64,000 nt of DNA from Bacteroidaceae bacterium. GTDB taxonomy: Bacteria > Bacteroidota > Bacteroidia > Bacteroidales > Bacteroidaceae. Shown here piece after piece: positions 18,652 through 27,982 of the stretch. Numbering within the stretch: position 1 is the first letter of the stretch; every line of letters starts with the position of its first letter. The stretch is from assembly GCA_024398635.1 (NCBI GenBank), contig JAKSIV010000009.1, forward strand, positions 5,426 through 69,425. Reading direction: 5' to 3'. The position numbers and the translations under genes are program-made. The notes beneath the pieces are model-generated. The model saw only the letters and a list, made by a program, of their open reading frames with translations, was not told the DNA's origin and did no database searches.

Positions 18652-20154
18652 ATGAGAAAGAGCCTTATATTACTGACCATCATGCTGGTATCCTGCACAG
18701 GAGCACAGCAGAGCGTGAATGTTAACGTGGCCGATGGCCGCAGGTACTGCAATCCGCTGCCTATGGTGATAGGTCCGGGCGGCAACGCATCGGGCGACGT
18801 ATCGGTAATGCGTGACGATGACGGCCGATACTACATGTTCTGCACCGGAGGCGGCGCCTGGCACAGCGACAACATGCTGGACTGGGAATTCACGCCCGTG
18901 CAGCGCGTGCCCGTGGCTCCCGATGTGGTCAAATTCCGTGGCAAATACTACATGTCCGGCAACGACTGCCCGCTATATGTGGCCGACAACCCCCTGGGCC
19001 CCTACTCCGTTCTGGGCGAATGGGAGAACACCCCCGATGTGGAGGGCGGCTGGAACGAGCCGTTCGATATGCACATTTTCATAGACGATGATAAGCCCTA
19101 CCTGTTCTACTCGGGCCGCGGCATAAGCGGCATATTCGGAGTGCCTCTGGACCCCGACCACATGAACCGTTTTGCCGATAAGCCCACTCACCTGTTCAGT
19201 TTCAACCCCAAGCACGAGTGGGAGCGTTACGGCGAGATGAACGAATATACCGGTGTGGCATGGATAGAAGGCCCCTGGCTCTTCAAGTACAAAGGCAAAT
19301 ACTACATGCAGTACTCTGCATCAGGCACTCAGTGGAAGACATACGCCGAGGGTTATTACACCGCAAAGAATCCTCTTGGCCCCTACACATACGCCGATAA
19401 CAACCCACTCCTGCGCAAGACCGAGGGTCTGGTCACAGGTACGGCTCACGGCAGCGTGATCGAAGGACCTGACGGCGGACTGTGGCAGTTCTACACCATC
19501 GTGCTCTCCAACCCACCCGGCGGCCGCCGCATAGGCATGGACCGCATAGACGTAGATAAAAAGGGCCGATGGTCCGTTCAGATTACCGATACCCCCCAGC
19601 CCGCTCCCGGCGTAACGAATGCCCGCGCATCACTCCCCGTGACCATCAACAAGATGAACGCCATGAACGCGCTCTCCAAGTTCTCGTCACAGCAGCCGGG
19701 CCGATACGCATCATACGCCGTAGATAACTCCAGCGGCACGGTCTGGGAGCCGGATCCATCGGACACAGAGCCATCAATTACGATAGAACTCTCACCCGCA
19801 ACCCGTTTTGACGAGGTACAACTCTTTGACGTGGATGCCGTAAGGATAATGTTCAACGCCGGCGGCCGTCGCGGATTCGGAGGCGGTGGAGCCAGTGCCG
19901 GTACAGTTTACAAATACAAGATTGATGTCTCGCTTGACGGTGAAAACTACACCACCGTGCTTGACAAAACTGCAAACACCGAGCAGCGCAACACCATATT
20001 TGAGGAGTTCAAACCCGTCGAGGCCCGTTTTGTCCGCCTCACGGTTACCGAATGGCCAGGCACACAGCTTGGCGTGATTGAGTTTACGGCATTCGGCCTG
20101 CCCAGTCGCACCGAGCCTGCCCGAGTGGCAATTCCACCTGTAATAACTTACTAA
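18652..20154 (+). CDS. GH43-family glycoside hydrolase lipoprotein with a C-terminal F5/8 type C (discoidin/CBM32-like) domain
   Basis: Lipobox MRKSLILLTIMLVSC. A five-bladed-propeller-like N-terminal part (DVSVMRDDDGRYYMFCTG, WIEGPWLFKYKGKYYMQYSA). The C-terminus (YKYKIDVSLDGENYTTV...ARFVRLTVTEW) is discoidin-like. Confidence 0.8.
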   Translation: MRKSLILLTIMLVSCTGAQQSVNVNVADGRRYCNPLPMVIGPGGNASGDVSVMRDDDGRYYMFCTGGGAWHSDNMLDWEFTPVQRVPVAPDVVKFRGKYYMSGNDCPLYVADNPLGPYSVLGEWENTPDVEGGWNEPFDMHIFIDDDKPYLFYSGRGISGIFGVPLDPDHMNRFADKPTHLFSFNPKHEWERYGEMNEYTGVAWIEGPWLFKYKGKYYMQYSASGTQWKTYAEGYYTAKNPLGPYTYADNNPLLRKTEGLVTGTAHGSVIEGPDGGLWQFYTIVLSNPPGGRRIGMDRIDVDKKGRWSVQITDTPQPAPGVTNARASLPVTINKMNAMNALSKFSSQQPGRYASYAVDNSSGTVWEPDPSDTEPSITIELSPATRFDEVQLFDVDAVRIMFNAGGRRGFGGGGASAGTVYKYKIDVSLDGENYTTVLDKTANTEQRNTIFEEFKPVEARFVRLTVTEWPGTQLGVIEFTAFGLPSRTEPARVAIPPVITY

Positions 20155-20166
20155 CCTATAAGCCTT

Positions 20167-23100
20167 ATGAAAAAATCCAGTATTATCCTGCTGTTGGCCA
20201 GTGTAGCGGTAGCGCCGGTCCTGATTGCTACAGTTGCCGTGGCTGCAGGTGACAGCCGCATCCCGCAGCGTCCCGACGGACCTTGCGACGTTTATGAAAA
20301 GGGTGGCGCCCCCTGCGTGGCAGCTCATTCCACCACCCGTGCTCTCTACAAGAACTATAACGGCCCGCTCTACCAGGTAATGCGTCAGAGTGACGGCAAG
20401 ACACTTGACATCGGCGTGGTACAGCCCTCAGCCGGCGATCCCGGAGGATATGCCGATGCCGCCGGACAGGACAAGTTCTGCAAGGACACCTACTGCTGGA
20501 TAACGGTCATCTATGACCAGTCCGGCAAGGAGAACCACCTGCAGCAGGCTCCGCGCGGAGGATTCAGTGGACAGGCAATGGGAGGATTCAATAATGTGCC
20601 GATGGCCGATTGGGCTCCCGTCACGCTCATGGGCCACAAGGTTTACGGCGTATTCATCACAGCCGGTATGGGTCTGCGCTGGAACGATGCCCACGGCACC
20701 GCTGTCGATGACCAGGCCGAAGGTCAGTACTGGGTGATAAACGGTCACCACTATAACACCGGCTGCTGCTTTGACTACGGTAATGCCGAGACCGACAGCC
20801 GTGATGACGGTGACGGTACAATGGAGACCACCTATTACGGCAACCAGCCCTCGTGGTATCACGGACAGGCTCCCGGCCCGTGGATCATGACCGATCAGGA
20901 GAACAACCTGGTGGGTTGTGTCAATCCAGATCCAAACGATAAATACTGCGCTGACCTGCCCAGTATCAGCTGGCGTTTCGTGACCGCTACGGCCGATGGT
21001 GAGCCTCACCATTGGCGTTCAATGGGCGGCGATGCCCAGGGCGGTGACCTGCAGATAATGTATGACGGAGGCAGAATCCAGAACCCACGCAGCAGCTATG
21101 ACCCAATGCGTAAGCAGGGTGCCATCCTGCTGGGTAACGGCGGTGACAACTCCAACGGCTCATCAGGCACATTCTATGAGGGTGCAATGACCGCTCCGGG
21201 TACATTCCCCACCATTGAGACCAACCAGGCCGTACAAGCCAATGTGGTAGCAGCCGGATACGATGTCCAGATGCTGCAGATAAGTGCATCAAACAAGATT
21301 GACAAGCCCAATCTGCTGCAGACATTCGCACCCAAGACCACTCAGAACGTAACCGTAGTGTTCAAGAACACCTCAAAGCAGGTAATTGATGACCTTGAGC
21401 TCAGCCTCATCGTCCCCAGAGGATGGAAGGCCATCGGTAAGGATATCATGAGCAAAACCCGCAAGATTCCGTTCGCGCTTGAGCCTGGTCAGAGCGTTTC
21501 AGTACAGTTCGCAGTGACATCGGCCAAGAAACTCATCAATGCCGATATTACCGCAAAGGCCAGCTGGAACAACGGCAAGAGCCAGTGGACTGCATCCCAG
21601 AAGGTACGTAACGTGGAGCCCGTAAAGATCAACGAGTTCCGTATAGCCGATGGCAGCGGCAACCAGACCAACTCATTCATTGAGCTGTACAATGCAGGCG
21701 ACAAGGCTGTGAACCTGTCCGGATGGACACTCACCCACCACGCCGTCAACCTGCCCTACTTCTCATCAATCAACATCCCCAAGGGTACCAAACTTGCTCC
21801 CAAGTCATTCTATCTGATGGGTATAAGCAACTCAGGTCTCTCTGTCGATGCAGCCAAGGGCGACAACATCATTTATGTACGCAACGTGACAGGCATCGAG
21901 CCCGGACACAGCATAACGATCGGTACCGGACGTGAGGCCGAAAAACGTACCGTCAAGAACGTAATCCAGCCTCAGGCACAGCAGCAACAGCAGCAGCCTC
22001 AGGGATTCGGAGGATTCCGCGGTGCAGGTCCCACAGGTGCTCCCACCACCGTATGGCAGCCTCTGCCCGAGGGTCCGGTCATCACCATCCCCGCCGGCTC
22101 CAACAACATCCCCGTTACCAGCACCAACGGTTTTGTGGAGGGTCAGAAGATGGCCATCGGTTACGGTTCAACCTACCCCGCTGTATCCAACTCACTTGAG
22201 AAGTATGAGGTTGTGACCATCACCAAGGTTGGCAAGCCCGGTACACAGGCATGGCTTGCAGTCGATGTCAAGAAGGGCGACACCAACATCAAGGTTACAA
22301 GCACCCAGAACATCACCGCCGGCGACAAGATACGTCTGGACATTGACTCCGAGGGTCACGGAATTGAATGGGTAACCGTCAAGTCAGTAGGAACCCAGTC
22401 ATCACGCGGCAGCAACGGCGGTCCCCTTGGCCCCAACGACAACCCGGGCACCGGTCTTGAGCTTGAAGCTCCGCTTAAGTTTGACCACTCTGCAAACATG
22501 CCGTTCGCAGTTAACGGAACCGGTATCACATTTGAACCCGCAACCAAGTTTGACCACTCCAGCAACGAGCCCGTACTGCCTCTGATCTATGCAATCGAGC
22601 TTGACCAGCCGCTATCCAAGAAGCACGCAATAAACAGCGTGGTTCAGGATGTGATGGTAACCAACGCAGGCTTCTATGACTATGCAATGCCCGACCTTCT
22701 GTTCGGTGGTCCCACACTTGATGCATCACGCGGCAACATGACTCTGCGTAACGGCAAGGGTCTGATTGTAGATGCTCTCAACTACGGCGGTCTGGTTGAC
22801 CCGTGGCTTGCCGAAGGTTATCATGCCGATTCAGGTGCAGGTGCCGAGGGTGCTTACGCTCCCGTTCCTCAGAGCGGACGCGGACGTGGCGGATTCGGCG
22901 GTTTCGGAGCCGCTCCCGCAGCAACTCCAGCAGCAGGTCCCGACCTGAGCACAGGCCGTTATCCCGACGGATATGACACCGATGACAACAAGCTGGATTT
23001 CCATACGTCACAGGCATCGACCATAGCCGCTCCCGCCAAGGCCGGAGATGACAACATCAAGGTCGCATCAGTACAGGGCCTGGCCATCGGACAGGTTATG

Positions 23101-23523
23101 TACATCGGCTCAGGAGCCAGCATGGAGAAGGTCAGGATTGCCACCATCGGTACAGCCGGCGTTACAACCCTTTCGGCCGATGCAAAGAAGGGTGACAAGA
23201 CCGTTGCCGTAGCAGCCGCACAGGGCTTCCAGGCAGGTCAGATAATACTCATTGGCGGTGAGAAATACACTATCGCTTCAATCCAGGCAGTTCCCCGCCG
23301 CGGATTCGGTGGATTTGGCGGCTTTGGTGGCCGTGGCGGTCAGCAGCAGCCTGTCGAGCCCGACAAAATCACCCTGACCGAAGGCCTCAAGGCTCCAGTG
23401 GCCAGCGGTGAGTATCTGTCAGGAACCGGCGTCACGCTGGGTACTCCTCTGACAAAAAATCATGGTGCAGGCGATGCATTCACCGCTTCAGTAGCGACAC
23501 CCGGTAGATCCAACATCCAATAA
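20167..23523 (+). CDS. large exported multidomain protein: GH54-type alpha-L-arabinofuranosidase B catalytic domain + NEW3/CARDB-like domain + lamin-tail domain + five repeated modules separated by Gly/Phe/Arg/Gln linkers
   Basis: Residues ~37-345 align by eye with fungal AbfB (GPCDVYEKGGAPCVAAHSTTRALY, ITVIYDQSGKENHL, GCCFDYGNAETDSRDDGDGTMETTYYGN, AILLGNGGDNSNGSSGTFYEGAMT). The LTD motif INEFRIADGSGNQTNSFIELYNAG is present. Confidence 0.85.
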   Translation: MKKSSIILLLASVAVAPVLIATVAVAAGDSRIPQRPDGPCDVYEKGGAPCVAAHSTTRALYKNYNGPLYQVMRQSDGKTLDIGVVQPSAGDPGGYADAAGQDKFCKDTYCWITVIYDQSGKENHLQQAPRGGFSGQAMGGFNNVPMADWAPVTLMGHKVYGVFITAGMGLRWNDAHGTAVDDQAEGQYWVINGHHYNTGCCFDYGNAETDSRDDGDGTMETTYYGNQPSWYHGQAPGPWIMTDQENNLVGCVNPDPNDKYCADLPSISWRFVTATADGEPHHWRSMGGDAQGGDLQIMYDGGRIQNPRSSYDPMRKQGAILLGNGGDNSNGSSGTFYEGAMTAPGTFPTIETNQAVQANVVAAGYDVQMLQISASNKIDKPNLLQTFAPKTTQNVTVVFKNTSKQVIDDLELSLIVPRGWKAIGKDIMSKTRKIPFALEPGQSVSVQFAVTSAKKLINADITAKASWNNGKSQWTASQKVRNVEPVKINEFRIADGSGNQTNSFIELYNAGDKAVNLSGWTLTHHAVNLPYFSSINIPKGTKLAPKSFYLMGISNSGLSVDAAKGDNIIYVRNVTGIEPGHSITIGTGREAEKRTVKNVIQPQAQQQQQQPQGFGGFRGAGPTGAPTTVWQPLPEGPVITIPAGSNNIPVTSTNGFVEGQKMAIGYGSTYPAVSNSLEKYEVVTITKVGKPGTQAWLAVDVKKGDTNIKVTSTQNITAGDKIRLDIDSEGHGIEWVTVKSVGTQSSRGSNGGPLGPNDNPGTGLELEAPLKFDHSANMPFAVNGTGITFEPATKFDHSSNEPVLPLIYAIELDQPLSKKHAINSVVQDVMVTNAGFYDYAMPDLLFGGPTLDASRGNMTLRNGKGLIVDALNYGGLVDPWLAEGYHADSGAGAEGAYAPVPQSGRGRGGFGGFGAAPAATPAAGPDLSTGRYPDGYDTDDNKLDFHTSQASTIAAPAKAGDDNIKVASVQGLAIGQVMYIGSGASMEKVRIATIGTAGVTTLSADAKKGDKTVAVAAAQGFQAGQIILIGGEKYTIASIQAVPRRGFGGFGGFGGRGGQQQPVEPDKITLTEGLKAPVASGEYLSGTGVTLGTPLTKNHGAGDAFTASVATPGRSNIQ

Positions 23524-23528
23524 GACAG

Positions 23529-24665
23529 ATGTTTAAGGATACAGAGAAAATCAGAAAGGCAATGGTGGCACTGGTCACCATTGTCCTTCTTTTATCAATA
23601 ATCCTCTGTTTCCACTCCATATCCGGACGCGGTCTTATAGGCTGCAGTCAGGGTACAAACTGCAACACCGTACTGGGCAGTAAGTGGTCATTCCTGTTCG
23701 GAATAATCCCTGTCAGTGCACTGGCCGCAGGAGTATGGATTGCATTCCTTGTATGCCTTATCCTGCACAGCCGTAACAGCGACCTTGAACTTCAGTATTT
23801 CCTGAACCGGATACTGCTCATACTGTCAGGTGCCGTAACCGGCAGCGCCGCATGGTTCATCTGGCTACAGAGCCATATGATAAAGGCCTTCTGCCCCTAC
23901 TGCATGACAGCCCACATCCTGGGCATATTAATATCGGTATTGACCGTAATCTGGTGCGTAAGACAAAAGCCGGGACACAGTCTGCTCAACATAGGCTTTG
24001 GACTGACAATTGCCGTGGCACTGGCTGTAGTCCAGTTTGCCACCACCCCGCTCACGCTTGCCGAGCGCGGATTCGCAAGAGAACCGCTGCCTGAACTCAG
24101 CCCCCGCGAACTGCCCGTAACAGGTGATCCCGATGCCCCGCACGTAATAACACTGCTCTATGACTGGCAGTGCTCACATTGCCGCAAAATTCACAATATG
24201 CTGCCCGATGTCGTTGACATTCTGTCCGGCCGTGTGGCATTCATACTCTGCCCCATCTCACTGAGCCGCGAGTGCAACCCGCTCATTCCGCAGGGCAGCA
24301 CCGACCGTTTCACCGGATCCTGCCAACTGCTCCACATAGGCCTTGCCCTGTGGCGCACCGACCCCATCGCCTACTCCCGCTACGAGGAGTGGTACTGGGG
24401 TGATCCCGCCAAGGGCTGGAACCCGCCAAGCGTGGATGAAGCAACGGCGTATGCATCGGACCTGATTGGAGCCGACAGACTGGAACAGGCCATAAAAGAC
24501 CCGTGGATAGAGAGTTATATGCAGACAGTCCTTCAGATATTCGGACGCACGTCATCCGAGGGACGTTCTGCCGTTCCCCGTTTTATCTACAATAATGACT
24601 GGCTTATACCTGAGGCCGATGACGCCGCGGGTCTCGCTTCGCTCGTCAGCGAAATGACACAATAG
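23529..24665 (+). CDS. VKOR-family membrane protein fused to a thioredoxin/DsbA-like domain
   Basis: Loop cysteines GCSQGTNCNTVLGSKWS, a membrane CxxC (CPYC), five TM segments, then a periplasmic domain with WQCSHC. It starts 5 nt after the GH54 stop. Confidence 0.8.
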   Translation: MFKDTEKIRKAMVALVTIVLLLSIILCFHSISGRGLIGCSQGTNCNTVLGSKWSFLFGIIPVSALAAGVWIAFLVCLILHSRNSDLELQYFLNRILLILSGAVTGSAAWFIWLQSHMIKAFCPYCMTAHILGILISVLTVIWCVRQKPGHSLLNIGFGLTIAVALAVVQFATTPLTLAERGFAREPLPELSPRELPVTGDPDAPHVITLLYDWQCSHCRKIHNMLPDVVDILSGRVAFILCPISLSRECNPLIPQGSTDRFTGSCQLLHIGLALWRTDPIAYSRYEEWYWGDPAKGWNPPSVDEATAYASDLIGADRLEQAIKDPWIESYMQTVLQIFGRTSSEGRSAVPRFIYNNDWLIPEADDAAGLASLVSEMTQ

Positions 24666-24685
24666 GGTCAGACCCCTTTGTGTCA
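24655..24685. repeat. hairpin TGACACAA-N15-TTGTGTCA with inner palindrome GGGTCAGACCC
   Basis: Read directly. The TAG stop of the VKOR gene (24663-24665) lies between the left arm and the inner palindrome. Confidence 0.8.
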
Positions 24686-25330
24686 TTAACCTATATACTT
24701 CAGAATAAGGTCTACGGCCTCTTCCTCGGTACGGTCCTTCATTGAGATTACAAGATCGTAGTTGCGGGGGTCATAACGGCTCACACCGGTATGGCGCTTT
24801 GAATATTCATCACACAACTCGTCAACCTCCTTTATGAACTTCTCGGCTTCTGCCTTGGAGGCGATGCCCTTCTTCTTCATGACTCTCTCTACACGGCACT
24901 CCATGGGAGACTGAATCCATATATGAAGGTGATTGGGATGGTCCTTGAATGTTACGAAGCTGCAACGTCCTACTACCACGCATGACTCGGCATCGGCAAT
25001 ACCTTTTAGTATCTCCTGCTCGGTCTTGAACTTCTCATCCGTATCATTTTTCTCCGGAACTGCAAAATTGGGCAGGTTGTCATAGATGGAAACTGCAAAA
25101 CCACCGTCCAGTTCAACCATCCGCTTAAGGTCGGGCCACCATGTACGTTTTTTTGATTTCAGACTCTCTATTTTCTCTTCGTTCACGCCTTCTTTGTCCT
25201 CAAGTGACTGCAAATGAGCTCTATCATAAAAAGGTACACCCAACTTCTGGGCAAGCAACTTTGCCACACTCCTTCCGCCTGTACCTAATTCACGATTGAT
25301 TGTGATGACATACTTGTTTGATAAATCCAT
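24686..25330 (-). CDS. cytidylate-kinase-like family protein
   Basis: Start moved to the ATG at 25330. MDLSNKYVITINRELGTGGRSVAKLLAQKLGVPFYD is the typical N-terminus of this P-loop-like family. Confidence 0.75.
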   Translation of the reverse strand: MDLSNKYVITINRELGTGGRSVAKLLAQKLGVPFYDRAHLQSLEDKEGVNEEKIESLKSKKRTWWPDLKRMVELDGGFAVSIYDNLPNFAVPEKNDTDEKFKTEQEILKGIADAESCVVVGRCSFVTFKDHPNHLHIWIQSPMECRVERVMKKKGIASKAEAEKFIKEVDELCDEYSKRHTGVSRYDPRNYDLVISMKDRTEEEAVDLILKYIG

Positions 25331-25414
25331 AAAAAACCTCTTTTGGTATAGTGTAATCACAAATATAAAGCATATTTTCACATTTGTCAACACTTCACCA
25401 CAAAAAAAATGCTT

Positions 25415-25422
25415 TACCTTTG
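25415..25422 (+). promoter_or_regulatory. -7 box TACCTTTG
   Basis: Perfect TAnnTTTG match immediately upstream of the riboswitch. Confidence 0.5.
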
Positions 25423-25424
25423 CC

Positions 25425-25516
25425 CTCGAATGAAAGGGGGTGCCCTTAGCAGGGCTGAGATTATACCCTATGAACCTGATCCGGACAGTGCCGGCGGAGG
25501 GATTGGATTTCAAGTT
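25425..25516 (+). promoter_or_regulatory. TPP (THI-box) riboswitch
   Basis: GGGGGUGCCC..GGGCUGAGA..ACCCUAUGAACCUGAUCCGGACAGUGCCGGCGGAGGGA reproduces the conserved CUGAGA and ACCUGAUC..GG....GCC.GCG.AGGGA cores. It lies 43 nt upstream of the TonB-dependent receptor. Confidence 0.85.
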
Positions 25517-25558
25517 ATTGGTATACCCTTTTCATTTGGATTAACTAATTAAATCTAT

Positions 25559-27976
25559 ATGAAGAAGGTATTTTTTTTGTCCTTAACCCTAATGACAGGC
25601 CTTACAGCAAAGGCCTATGTGGAAAACCTTGTGTCCGATGCAGACTCCCTGCGTCTTGAACAGCTTAACGAAGTAGTAATAAACGGTGTACGTGCCCATG
25701 AAAACGAGCCGTTTGCAACCACCGACATCAGCCGTCAGGAACTTGACAGCTACTCCAAGAGCGGCCGTGAACTGCCCTTCCTGTTCTCCCGCACACCCGG
25801 CGTGATATCATGGAGCGAGAACGGAACCGGCATCGGCACCACATACATGCGTATTCGCGGTGCGGCCGATTCACGCATCAACGTAACACTGGACGGCGTT
25901 GCCCTGAACTCACCCGAGGACCAGTGCGTATTCTGGGCCAACATGAACAGTTACGCATCCCTGCTGGGCGGTGCACAGGTACAGCGCGGTCTGGGAACAT
26001 CGACCGTAGGTGACGGCGCGTTCGGCGGTTCAGTAGCCCTTACAAGCAAACTTCCCAACCCCGAGAAAAGCGCAGAGCTCACAGCATCATACGGATCATT
26101 CAATACACTGCGTCTGGGTGGCTCGTTCTCAACCGGAACCATACTAAACAGCATAATAATGGACGGAGCGTTCCACATGACCCAGACCGACGGTTTCATG
26201 CACGGAACCCAAGGCAAGGCCGGCAGCTACTACGCAGGTCTGCTCTGGACTCCCGGTGATAACCTGATGATCCGTTACCGCAACATAGGCAACTTTGAGA
26301 ATACCGGCCAGGCCTGGAGCGGTGCCACTGCAGGTGACAACGACCTGAGTCTTATGGACGGCACATACGGCGCCAGCACCGGCATCAAGACCTACCAGAA
26401 TATGTACAATCACGGTCTGGGCCAGTTCAACAGCCTGTATGAGGCCCTCCAGTATGATGACAACGGCAATTTCATGCAGGATGCCGACGGCAATTACGTG
26501 GCCGCCCGCTACCAGATGAAGGACGGTTCATACTGGGACCGTACCACCGACAACTTCTGGCAGGACCACAACATACTGACCCTTCCCTGGAATGTGAGCG
26601 ATCAATTCCTTACTTCACTCACAGCCCACTACACCTACGGTTACGGCTATTATGATGAGTTCCGTCCGGACAACAAGGTTGGAAAGTTCGGTCTGTCAAA
26701 TGCAATGAACGCTGCCGGCAAGCCGGTATGGGCAACCCCCACCGATTCGGTCCGCAAGAGTGACTTTGTTCGCAAGAAAGGCCTTGACCAGCACACCTAC
26801 GGCGTAATCTGGAACACTGCTTACAAAAACGGAGCTCTGGACCTGCGTAGCGGCGTATCGTTCCAGCAGTTCAAGGGCAACCATTTCGGTTACATAACAT
26901 ACATAAAGAACGATGCCATGAGCAGCGCCCTGCTGGCCGACGGAGACTACAAATACTATGATTCCGATGCCTCCAAGACCGATATCAGCGCATACGTCAA
27001 GGCCGGTTACGACATCTACGATGACCTCCATGCCTTTGCCGATGTGCAGTTCCGTCATGTGGGTTACATAAGCGATGGCTACAATGATAAATATATCAAC
27101 AATGACGACGGTACATGCACCAAGCATTTCCTTGATATCAATGAGACTTACAACTTCCTGAACGGCAAGGCCGGTCTGACCTACACCAACGGCGGCAACC
27201 GTCTGTACGCCCTGCTGGCCACCGCAAGCCGTGAGCCCGAGCGAAACAACTTTACAGACAACGGCAACTACCCTGCCCCCAAGTCCGAGAGCATGATTGA
27301 CTACGAGGCCGGCTACAGCTACCAGGGAGATATCTGGAATGTGGGTATAAACGTCTACTATATGGATTATGACAACCAGTTCGTACAGACCGGAGCCCAG
27401 AGTGACATAGGTGAGAATCTGACCACAAACATCAAGAGCTCATACCGCACCGGCGTCGAGCTGACGGCAGCCGTATCCCCGCTCTCATGGTTGGAACTGG
27501 AAGCCAATGCCGCACTCAGCAAAAACCGCATCAAGGACTTTGACGAGGTTGTCGAGGACTGGGACAACGACTGGACCACCATCCACTATGACAATTCAAC
27601 CCTGGCATTTTCACCCAGTGCCATCCTGAACGGATTCATCAACTTCAATCTGGGCCGGTTCAAAGCCACATGGCACACCGGTTACGTGAGCCGTCAGTAT
27701 CTTGACAACTCGCAGAACAACGACCGTTCACTGCCCGCATACTCTCTCTCGGATCTCTCGTTCTCATACACGATACCCATGAAAAAAGCTTTCAGCAGCT
27801 TCGTGATAGGTACTGACCTGAACAATGTTCTCAATGCCCGCGTCGCCACAAGCGGCTGGGTATATTCGGCAGTTGATGAGAAAGACGGCTTCACTCCCGA
27901 CAACCGCTACTATCAGATCGGTTTCATCCCTGCCGCACCCTTCTCTGCACTGGCACATTTAACTCTAAAATTCTAA
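25559..27976 (+). CDS. TonB-dependent outer-membrane receptor (thiamine-related by riboswitch context)
   Basis: Signal peptide, a plug domain (VINGVRAHENEPFATTDISRQEL, YMRIRGAADSRINVTLDGVALN) and a terminal beta-barrel ending in LTLKF. Confidence 0.9.
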   Translation: MKKVFFLSLTLMTGLTAKAYVENLVSDADSLRLEQLNEVVINGVRAHENEPFATTDISRQELDSYSKSGRELPFLFSRTPGVISWSENGTGIGTTYMRIRGAADSRINVTLDGVALNSPEDQCVFWANMNSYASLLGGAQVQRGLGTSTVGDGAFGGSVALTSKLPNPEKSAELTASYGSFNTLRLGGSFSTGTILNSIIMDGAFHMTQTDGFMHGTQGKAGSYYAGLLWTPGDNLMIRYRNIGNFENTGQAWSGATAGDNDLSLMDGTYGASTGIKTYQNMYNHGLGQFNSLYEALQYDDNGNFMQDADGNYVAARYQMKDGSYWDRTTDNFWQDHNILTLPWNVSDQFLTSLTAHYTYGYGYYDEFRPDNKVGKFGLSNAMNAAGKPVWATPTDSVRKSDFVRKKGLDQHTYGVIWNTAYKNGALDLRSGVSFQQFKGNHFGYITYIKNDAMSSALLADGDYKYYDSDASKTDISAYVKAGYDIYDDLHAFADVQFRHVGYISDGYNDKYINNDDGTCTKHFLDINETYNFLNGKAGLTYTNGGNRLYALLATASREPERNNFTDNGNYPAPKSESMIDYEAGYSYQGDIWNVGINVYYMDYDNQFVQTGAQSDIGENLTTNIKSSYRTGVELTAAVSPLSWLELEANAALSKNRIKDFDEVVEDWDNDWTTIHYDNSTLAFSPSAILNGFINFNLGRFKATWHTGYVSRQYLDNSQNNDRSLPAYSLSDLSFSYTIPMKKAFSSFVIGTDLNNVLNARVATSGWVYSAVDEKDGFTPDNRYYQIGFIPAAPFSALAHLTLKF

Positions 27977-27982
27977 AAGACA

